Notes under the pieces: generated by a model
What the model was told of the DNA's origin: nothing
The model's database searches: none
What the model saw: the letters and a program-made list of their open reading frames with translations, nothing else
Origin: Terriglobales bacterium
GTDB taxonomy: Bacteria; Acidobacteriota; Terriglobia; Terriglobales; Acidobacteriaceae
NCBI GenBank assembly: GCA_049582765.1
Contig: JBAUUQ010000024.1
Location: 8,326-72,325, forward strand
Direction: 5' to 3'
Length of the DNA stretch: 64,000 nt
Made by a program: the position numbers and the translations under genes
Part shown: piece after piece, positions 57,258 to 64,000 of the stretch
Numbering within the stretch: the stretch's first letter is position 1
Layout of the letters: each line of letters starts with the position of its first letter

Positions 57258-59069
57258 TCAGGCCGCTTTGATCGCTCGGACCTCGGCGGCGCGCTCGTCC
57301 ACCGGGATCACCGGCAATTCGCCCTTCGTCTTGACCGGCAGGCTGCGCAGGTGATCCATGATCGCCTGCCACTCCTTGATCTCGTGGACCGCACCTTTCT
57401 CCGTCACCGTAGCTACGCTCTCCTTATCCACCGTGCCCGAAGGCAGCATCATTTGGGCCGTGTGGCCGCCCGGGAGGTCGAGTGCTTCGACTTTCGACTT
57501 GAGCGGCTGACCAGCCTTGTTTTTGGGCACAAGCGACAGCTTGCCCTTGCTGATCCGCCCCAGGGCCATGATGATCGGGGCCAGCATCACCGGGCACGTG
57601 AGGCTATACAGACGCTTGTCCTTTCCCGTGATGTCGATTGCGCGGTAGCCGTGATCCCAATCTCCGAGTTCGATCGCCGTCACGGCATCGTACTGTGGAC
57701 GCGACAGGTCGTAATGGAACCGCATACCGGACACGCGGGGAAACCACTCACCGGGATGGGTTGGATTATCCACAAGCCAATAATCGAGCAGAGACTTCAG
57801 ATCCCGGCCGGTGAAATAGCCGGTCACCAGCGCGCTGCCGGCCGTGGAATCCACAACACCAGCGCCGAGCGGCGTCACCGCGAACACGTCGTATACGGTT
57901 TGCACGCCCGATTTGCCCCGGGTCAGGGGGGCGCGGATCAGCCCGTAGACGGTGAAGCCGATGTCCGCTTTCGTTGCGTGTCTGAAAGCGTCGGTGCAAA
58001 GGTTGGCAAGGATCGTGCCGGACGCAATGTCGGTGAATGTGTTAGGGAGGTCCTGCGGCGCGACCGCCAGCGGCTGATCAACGCTGTAACCGCGCGATGC
58101 GAATGCAGCCCCGGTGACCGACTTCTTGACCTTCTCGATTTCATCGGCCATGTCCTGATCGCCGGCAATAGCGTCGTCGATCGGGTGGAGCTTGTAGGAC
58201 TCGACGGTGAGCTTGCCGCCGTCCAATGCGATCACCAGTTCGCCGAGGTTCTCGCAATACTTTCCTGTCTGGACGACGGGTGTCCGGCCGTTGACGATGA
58301 CGGGCTGGGGCAGTTCGGTGTGGCTGTGCGATCCGATCACCACGTCGATTCCCGGCACCGCCTTGGGTAGGCGCACGTCCTCGCCGTCGGTGTAACTCCC
58401 GTCTTTGCCTTGCACCATGCCGCCGTGGCTGAGCGCGATGATTACGTCCACCTTCTCCGTGTCGCGCAGGAGCTTCACCATCTCCCGTGCAGTCTCGATG
58501 GAATCGGTGAACTTCGTCGCGCCGGCGCCAGTGGTGACGGAGATGGCCTCTTTGCCGATCACTCCGAAAATGCCGAAGCGAATACCGCCGCGCTCGATCA
58601 CGAGGTGGCGGCGGATCACGCCTTCCTTGGCCAGGCGCTTGAAGCCGTCCAACGTGGGGTCGTCCCCCGAAAAGTCGGTATTCGATACGACCACTGCCGG
58701 GATACGGCCAGCCTCGGCGGCCACCGCGATTGCCTGCGCCGTGCCGTCCGGCCCGAGGTCAAATTCATGATTGCCGAAGGTGGTGGCGTCGTAACCCATC
58801 CGGGAGAGCAGTTGCAACTCGCCACCGGTTTCGCGGATGGCCGCGCCAAACGCAGTTCCCATGCTGTAGTCGCCCCCATCAAGGATCAACACGGGTCCCT
58901 TGGCCTGCCGTGCCTTTTTCCTATTTGCGATCAACGTGGCCAGACGCGCGAACCCGCCGCGAGTGGGGTCGTCGTTGAGCGTGAACGGCGTGTAGTCCGA
59001 GGACGGGCCCATCCCGATCAGGTTCGAGTGGATGTCGTTGGTGTGCAGAATGGTGAAAGTCTTCTTCAT
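57258..59069 (-). CDS. Bifunctional metallophosphatase / 5'-nucleotidase (UshA-like)
   Basis: Calcineurin-like motifs HTNDIHS, GGDYSMGT and GNHEFD, plus a C-terminal 5'-nucleotidase substrate-binding domain. Confidence 0.9.
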   Translation of the reverse strand: MKKTFTILHTNDIHSNLIGMGPSSDYTPFTLNDDPTRGGFARLATLIANRKKARQAKGPVLILDGGDYSMGTAFGAAIRETGGELQLLSRMGYDATTFGNHEFDLGPDGTAQAIAVAAEAGRIPAVVVSNTDFSGDDPTLDGFKRLAKEGVIRRHLVIERGGIRFGIFGVIGKEAISVTTGAGATKFTDSIETAREMVKLLRDTEKVDVIIALSHGGMVQGKDGSYTDGEDVRLPKAVPGIDVVIGSHSHTELPQPVIVNGRTPVVQTGKYCENLGELVIALDGGKLTVESYKLHPIDDAIAGDQDMADEIEKVKKSVTGAAFASRGYSVDQPLAVAPQDLPNTFTDIASGTILANLCTDAFRHATKADIGFTVYGLIRAPLTRGKSGVQTVYDVFAVTPLGAGVVDSTAGSALVTGYFTGRDLKSLLDYWLVDNPTHPGEWFPRVSGMRFHYDLSRPQYDAVTAIELGDWDHGYRAIDITGKDKRLYSLTCPVMLAPIIMALGRISKGKLSLVPKNKAGQPLKSKVEALDLPGGHTAQMMLPSGTVDKESVATVTEKGAVHEIKEWQAIMDHLRSLPVKTKGELPVIPVDERAAEVRAIKAA

Positions 59070-59099
59070 GGTCTAGACCTGCATGCGGTGCGGGCAATG

Positions 59100-59138
59100 C
59101 CATGGATCGGCGGCTCTATTGAGCCGGCCGATCCATGT
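59100..59138 (-). terminator. Long hairpin downstream of the arylsulfatase gene
   Basis: CATGGATCGGCGGCTC, loop TATT, GAGCCGGCCGATCCATG (about 16 bp with one bulge), 55 nt after the sulfatase stop. No clear U-tract, so it could also be a REP or processing element. Confidence 0.5.
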
Positions 59139-59193
59139 GTGTTTACTGCCGTGCCATGCTTGTTTTCATGGCCCGTTCCCTTCCTCGATCCCT

Positions 59194-61524
59194 CTAGTCC
59201 TTGGCGAACGCTCCCGCTGCCAGCGTTTCCAGGTCGAGGTACTGCGTCTTCTCTACGGTCACGCCGACAAAGCGGATTTCTCCGCCCTTGAACGGATTGG
59301 CCCCCGCGTACTCGTCGCTGACCGCGTCGGCGCTGTCGAACCCTACACACAGACCGTCGCCGCACAACGTGAACTTGCCCACCTGTGCGCGCATTGGGCC
59401 TTCGGCGACTACCTTGTCGTTGACGTAGAGTTTCGTCTTGCCCACCGACTCGTGGTACTTACCGGCACTCTCCCTCGTGAACTCCATGCCGAGCGTGTAC
59501 TTGCCGGGCTTGAGCTCAGGCGAGACGAACTTCTGTTCCGGCGGAATGCCGAGGAAGTTGTACACGTAGTACAGCTTCTTATCCTTGAAAAACAGAGAGT
59601 GGCCGCCGAAGCGTGAACCATGGGCAAAAATTACGCCCGATGCGTTCGGATCGGTGATCTCGACATCGGCGAGGATCTTGTACGAACGGCCTCGCACGTT
59701 GACGGCAACACTTTCCGGCACTGAAGATGTGCCCGGGTAGTAGATGAACCGTTCGCGTGCCTCCTCTTCGGTGGGACGCGGAGTGTTCAGGACCTCCAGG
59801 GCGGTACGGTCGTCGAGAGGCAGCACCAGGTTCTTGTCCGCTTCCTCGAACCAGGCCTTGATCAGAGCCTCGAGCTTTTCGGGATGCTCCTTCGCCAGGT
59901 TCTTCGACTCGGCGCGGTCTACATCCACGTGGTAGAGTTCCCACTCATCCTTGTCGAAGTGGCCCTTACCTGTAAGGGGGGCATGCATGGCGACCGCTTT
60001 CCACCCGGCTTTCCAGATTCCACGCGTACCCAACATGGCGTAGTATTGGCGCTGTTTCTTTGTCGGAGCGTCAGCCTTTGCATCGAAGCTGTAGCGCATC
60101 GAGACGCCGGAGAGCGGGTACTGCTCGACTCCTTTGTAGACTTTGGGCATCTCCAGACCGCAGACCTCCAGGATGGTCGGGACGATGTCGGTGGAATGGT
60201 GATACTGGTTGCGAACCTCGCCGCGCGCCTTGATACCCTTGGGCCAGGAAATGACCATGGGGTCGCAGGTGACGCCGGCGTATTCCGAGTAGCGTTTGAA
60301 CATCTTGAACGGTGCCGAGGTGGCAGCCGCCCATCCGGTGGGATAGTGTTCGTAGGTGTCAGGGCTGCCCAGCTTGTCGATGAGCTTCAGGTTCTCGGCG
60401 AGTTCATCCGGGTAGCCGTTGAAGAATTTGTTCTCGTTGACCGAGCCGCTGGGGCTGCCTTCTCCGGAAGCGCCGTTGTCCGCCGCGTAGAAGACAAGGG
60501 TGTTTTCGAGCTGGCCGCTCTTCTCAAGGTAGTCGATGATGCGGCCCACCTGAGCGTCGGTGTACTCCGAGAATCCGGCATAGACCTCCATCAGGCGCGA
60601 GAAAAGCTTCTTCTCGTCAGCATTGAGCGAATCCCACGGGCGAACGTAGTCTGCCGGATTCGCCACATCCGCTGGCAGGGGGTTGAATGGGGTGAGCGTG
60701 GTGCCCTTCGGCAGGATGCCTCTCTCGATCATGCGTGGAAGGACCCATTCGCGGTAAGCTTCATAGCCGTCATCGAACTTGCCCTTGTACTTCTCGATGT
60801 ATTCCTTCGGGGCCTGGTGTGGGGCATGGTTGGCGCCCGGACAGAACCACATGTACCATGGCTTGGAAGGATTCCCAGCCTTCTGATCTTTGATCATCGA
60901 AAGAGCATGATCGGCCAAGTCCTTGGAGAGGTGATAGCCTTCCTCCGGGCTGTAGGGCGGGTCAACGTACCGGTTGTCCTCGACCAGGTCTGGATACCAC
61001 TGGTTGGTCTCGCCGCCAACGAAGCCGTAGAAGCGGTCAAAGCCCTTGTTGAGCGGCCATTGCTTTTTGCTCGCGCCGGAGGCGAGATCCGTCTCGGGGA
61101 CGTTGTGGTTCTTGCCCACCCAGAACGTGCTCCAGCCGCCGTCCTGCAGGATCTGCCCGACCGTGGCGCACTCGTCCGGAATCCGGGCGTGCTGGCCGGG
61201 AAATCCGTTGGCGCATTCGGTGATGCAGGCCATGCCGTTGAGGTGGTGGTTGCGTCCGGTTAGACAGGTGGAACGTGTGGGCGAGCATAGCGCGGTGGTA
61301 TGCCATTGCGAGTACTTCAACCCATTGTCCGCCAGCCTCTGCATCGTGGGCATGTTGATCCGTCCGCCGAATGGCGACCAGGCAGCAAGGCCGGTGTCAT
61401 CGTAGAGAACGAACAGGACGTTCGGCGCTCCCTCGGGAGCTTTCTTTGGAGTGTACGGGGTCCAGTCCGATACGGAATCTCGGACATCGAGTTTGATTAC
61501 GCCTTTAAAAGGTTGCTTAGCCAT
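59194..61524 (-). CDS. Arylsulfatase (Cys-type sulfatase family)
   Basis: Sulfatase signature LCSPTRSTCLTGRNHH (C-X-P-X-R, formylglycine site). N-terminal metal-binding block VLFVLYDDTG. 776 aa. Confidence 0.93.
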   Translation of the reverse strand: MAKQPFKGVIKLDVRDSVSDWTPYTPKKAPEGAPNVLFVLYDDTGLAAWSPFGGRINMPTMQRLADNGLKYSQWHTTALCSPTRSTCLTGRNHHLNGMACITECANGFPGQHARIPDECATVGQILQDGGWSTFWVGKNHNVPETDLASGASKKQWPLNKGFDRFYGFVGGETNQWYPDLVEDNRYVDPPYSPEEGYHLSKDLADHALSMIKDQKAGNPSKPWYMWFCPGANHAPHQAPKEYIEKYKGKFDDGYEAYREWVLPRMIERGILPKGTTLTPFNPLPADVANPADYVRPWDSLNADEKKLFSRLMEVYAGFSEYTDAQVGRIIDYLEKSGQLENTLVFYAADNGASGEGSPSGSVNENKFFNGYPDELAENLKLIDKLGSPDTYEHYPTGWAAATSAPFKMFKRYSEYAGVTCDPMVISWPKGIKARGEVRNQYHHSTDIVPTILEVCGLEMPKVYKGVEQYPLSGVSMRYSFDAKADAPTKKQRQYYAMLGTRGIWKAGWKAVAMHAPLTGKGHFDKDEWELYHVDVDRAESKNLAKEHPEKLEALIKAWFEEADKNLVLPLDDRTALEVLNTPRPTEEEARERFIYYPGTSSVPESVAVNVRGRSYKILADVEITDPNASGVIFAHGSRFGGHSLFFKDKKLYYVYNFLGIPPEQKFVSPELKPGKYTLGMEFTRESAGKYHESVGKTKLYVNDKVVAEGPMRAQVGKFTLCGDGLCVGFDSADAVSDEYAGANPFKGGEIRFVGVTVEKTQYLDLETLAAGAFAKD

Positions 61525-61711
61525 TTGTCCAATCTCCTCTATTGAATTTGTTTCTTCGGTGCCTTTCCAGATTTGTGCCCACCGGACGCGCAGTATGGTT
61601 TGGGCTGCCCGTCCTGAATGTGTTTTGCCGCAGCGCTGTTTCTGCTCTCTTCACTAATAAAGAGAGGTTCCTTCACGCGAGCAGACTAGGATGCCCGCTC
61701 CAGGTTGGGAA

Positions 61712-61727
61712 CTGTCAAAACGCACAG
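61712..61727. promoter_or_regulatory. Degenerate copy of the CTGTCAA palindrome (CTGTCAA-AA-CGCACAG)
   Basis: The left half-site plus GGAA flank is identical to copy 1 (GGAACTGTCAA). The right half matches 4 of 7. About 190 nt upstream of the arylsulfatase start. Confidence 0.3.
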
Positions 61728-62155
61728 GTAGCGTGATTTGGCGTAGCTAATATCAACAGGCACGAGTGGCGAAACGGGCCAGTGCGTCATCCCGTCTCGA
61801 TCTGGGTCGAGAACGTCCCACTAAAAGTGATGTTGGGGTGGCCAGGCGCGAAACGTGGCCGACTGTTAACGCAGGAGTACTTGGGCAGGCGCGTTCGACA
61901 CACTGGGATGCAAAACTGACGTGCTTTTAAGGAGAAGCGGTGCGGGACTGAAGCCCTGGATCGTGCTCGTCACAAACCACGGCCATGAGGCGAAGCTCCA
62001 CGATGCAACCGAGCATACGAGTAGCAACATTGGGACAGCCCGGGTGGTCGCAAATATATTCCGAGAGGACTTCTTCGCGGCCGTCCGGAGCCGCGATGCC
62101 CGTCTTAATCGTTACCTGAGGAATGGAGAACCCCTCCTAGCCGGATACCTGCATT

Positions 62156-63265
62156 ATGTTACGGATAGAGGGCTCTTGCGCAAGTAACTTTTGGGTAAAC
62201 CCGGAGGTACCGTTACCAGAAGAGGTCGGAAGCCTACAGTTTGTCCCACGGCCCCCGACTGTCAATTCTGACAGTAGGCGCCCCGAGGCAGCCACCCCGT
62301 CGCCGCCGAAATGCGGTTCCGGAGCCGTGCTTGCGCTTGGCTATATCTTCCCATTTAGCAAATCGGACAAGGTTTCTCCTCCGTCTGTAATTGGGGGGGC
62401 TGGTCTGTTTACGAACAACGAAACTCGAGGATTTGCTTTAGGAGGACAATTTTATCTTAAGCAGAATACTTATAAAGTCACGGCCGGTTTCGGCCGTGGC
62501 AACATAAACTACGATTTATACGGCTCCGGAGATTTTGCGGGACTCAAGTTACCCCTCAAACAAACCGGCCAGGTGTTTCATGGGGAGTTCCTGCGCCGTG
62601 TTGGGTGGAAATTCTTCCTGGGTCCTCGATTTTCTACAGGATCTTCGACCATTACGCTCAGGCCCAGCAGTGGCAACACCCAGCCGCCGCCCCCTGATCT
62701 TGGACTCAACACCACCCTCACCGCCATCGGCGCAACGCTGACCCGGGATACCAGCCTCAACCGGTTCTATCCGACCACAGGAACTTATTTCAGATTCACA
62801 TCCGACTTCTTTTCCCAAACGTTGGGTAGCAAGTATTCCTTCCAATCGTATGTCACGACGTTCGCCAAATATTGGGCTTTGAGCGAGAATCAGGTCCTTG
62901 CCTACGACGCCTATTTCTGCGCGACGGGCGGGAGGCCGCCCTTCTTCGGGAACTGCATATATGGAGCGAGCAATCAATTGCGAGGATATGTAGCCGGCAA
63001 GTACTTCGATCGCTACATGGTGGCAACACAATTGGAGTATCGTCTGGCTCTGCCGATGAGGTTTGGTGTCGTTGCATTCGGCGGTGTCGGCGAGGCCATC
63101 CCTGGAGGGGATCAGTTGTTGTTTCGGGATAACAACTTCCTGCCCGGCGGTGGTGCCGGGCTGAGGTTCCAATTGAGTAAGCAGTATCATGTCAATCTTC
63201 GCGCAGACATCGCACAGGGCAAGGACGGTCACACCTTCAGCATGGGGATTGGCGAGGCTTTTTAG
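62156..63265 (+). CDS. Omp85/BamA-type (bacterial surface antigen) beta-barrel domain protein, N-terminus doubtful
   Basis: The C-terminal roughly 300 aa has the Omp85 barrel pattern and a terminal aromatic (GIGEAF-stop). There is no signal peptide or POTRA. The 5' part of the ORF contains palindrome copy 3 and looks non-coding. Confidence 0.65.
   Translation: MLRIEGSCASNFWVNPEVPLPEEVGSLQFVPRPPTVNSDSRRPEAATPSPPKCGSGAVLALGYIFPFSKSDKVSPPSVIGGAGLFTNNETRGFALGGQFYLKQNTYKVTAGFGRGNINYDLYGSGDFAGLKLPLKQTGQVFHGEFLRRVGWKFFLGPRFSTGSSTITLRPSSGNTQPPPPDLGLNTTLTAIGATLTRDTSLNRFYPTTGTYFRFTSDFFSQTLGSKYSFQSYVTTFAKYWALSENQVLAYDAYFCATGGRPPFFGNCIYGASNQLRGYVAGKYFDRYMVATQLEYRLALPMRFGVVAFGGVGEAIPGGDQLLFRDNNFLPGGGAGLRFQLSKQYHVNLRADIAQGKDGHTFSMGIGEAF
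62259..62274. promoter_or_regulatory. 16-bp palindrome CTGTCAA-TT-CTGACAG (one mismatch), copy 3
   Basis: Read directly. Lies inside the 5' end of ORF 62156..63265. Confidence 0.45.
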
Positions 63266-63519
63266 CGACAGTCTTTGTCGTCTTTCGACGGCTAAATCCC
63301 GCTACTCACGCCGCGCCAAGCTGTCCATTTGCCATGTTCACACGATGTTTGCTACTTCGTTAGGTTTTGATCGACCACTTGGAAGTTAAGGATCATCCTC
63401 AGGATGGGTGGAATAGGTCAGCATCCCGTGCATAGATCGCAGAGCAGAAACGGGTATCGAACCGAAACCAGTGCTGACATTTCGGCAGGCGTGCCGATAG
63501 ATCGGCAGGCAGAGGTCGG

Positions 63520-64000
63520 TTAGTCTAGCTGTGCCGCCTGGCATCGGAATGTCATTCCCAGGGTGCCTCTAACATTCCCGATAGGACAGGTCCAGACAAA
63601 TAAGTAGCATTGAGGCAATGCGACGCTTCTGAGACAGCTGGACTTGCATGTGTCGGAGATGAGTGCCTGGGTGTTTCCCCTTACCGACCGCAATAAACGG
63701 TGGCGACCTGGCCAAATAAACACGAAATCGGTCGTGTTGACCGTAACAGAGAACCGTATCGTTCCGGTCGGATAGCAACCTTCCACCGAGCACCGGACAG
63801 AATAGTTGCGAGGGTCTTTGGTGATAAATGAGACTGTCAAGGCCGTCTTGGGAGATACGGTGAATACTCTGGATGAAGCGTTCGCGGAAAAGAAATTCTG
63901 GCTGGTAAGAAAGCCGCTCCAAAAGCAATACATTCTTGCGAGTTCCCACACCTGTTTACGTTCTCTCTTGCTGAGGCCTTTGTTCGTGAGAACGACTGAA
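63520..64000 (-). CDS. 3' end of an unassigned ORF running off the window edge
   Basis: The frame is open from the window end to the TAA at 63520-63522. A second overlapping frame (63569..63949) is also open. Visibly lower GC than the rest of the window. I recognise no motif. Confidence 0.25.
   Translation of the reverse strand, partial: SVVLTNKGLSKRERKQVWELARMYCFWSGFLTSQNFFSANASSRVFTVSPKTALTVSFITKDPRNYSVRCSVEGCYPTGTIRFSVTVNTTDFVFIWPGRHRLLRSVRGNTQALISDTCKSSCLRSVALPQCYLFVWTCPIGNVRGTLGMTFRCQAAQLD

Noticed and set aside
57351-61263. Long plus-strand ORFs (57351..58370, 58410..59291, 59884..61263) opposite the 5'-nucleotidase and arylsulfatase genes
   Set aside because: Antisense shadows. No motifs, while the opposing frames have complete catalytic signatures.
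61921-62187. 88-aa ORF between the sulfatase promoter and the Omp85-like gene
   Set aside because: No RBS, no motif and odd composition. The region is more likely promoter or decayed sequence.
63690-63790. GAACCGTAT / ATACGGTTC string resembling one strand of a group II intron domain V
   Set aside because: I could not find the complementary strand at the required distance in either orientation. There is also no GUGYG 5' end and no RT ORF.

Overview
This 64 kb window looks like a chromosomal segment of a moderately GC-rich soil bacterium. Gene content and the abundant REP-like hairpins suggest Acidobacteriota (Terriglobia), but that is inference only. I can support about 60 protein-coding genes. 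There is no rRNA, no CRISPR array and no intact tRNA. The only tRNA signal is a 45-nt 3' fragment of tRNA-Pro(CGG), which sits beside an IS481-like transposase remnant.

Gene content by region:
- 0.4-16 kb: recA and a protease-rich stretch (S53 sedolisin, a BlaI/BlaR1-like pair, M28-PDZ peptidase, M1 aminopeptidase).
- 16-25 kb: DMT transporter, DinB, PaiB, a class-III aminotransferase, an orphan histidine kinase, cysK-cysE and an FKBP isomerase.
- 25-27.4 kb: NicO-type Ni/Co transporter, a Gly-Gly-ended MoaD/ThiS-like protein and an Asp-box beta-propeller.
- 27.6-34.1 kb: a tightly coupled osmC-tolC-MFP-RND-DUF2892 operon.
- 34.2-38.6 kb: rhodanese, TlpA, an ECF sigma factor with a cis-fused ZAS anti-sigma motif, and a divergent CmoM-like methyltransferase plus SPASM radical-SAM pair.
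- 39.5-43.5 kb: an epoxide hydrolase-ADH-SDR-SRPBCC-ABM operon.
- 43.8-47.8 kb: a membrane glycosyltransferase operon interrupted by a mazEF-type toxin-antitoxin cassette that is bracketed by perfect 20-bp inverted repeats.
- 48-64 kb: decayed and scavenging genes (pump-less DUF3302-HlyD-NodT operon, DUF4239, a phospholipase-C-like pseudogene, EEP phosphatase, 5'-nucleotidase, arylsulfatase, an Omp85-like barrel). Three copies of a 16-bp palindrome, CTGTCAA-NN-TTGACAG, plus one degenerate copy, lie in this region.

The candidates I consider most worth follow-up are the sigma-ZAS / methyltransferase / SPASM module, the beta-propeller / MoaD-like pair, the recurrent palindrome (a possible regulon) and the inverted-repeat-bracketed toxin-antitoxin cassette.

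All functional calls rest on motifs I read in the supplied translations and on remembered family knowledge. No database search was run.
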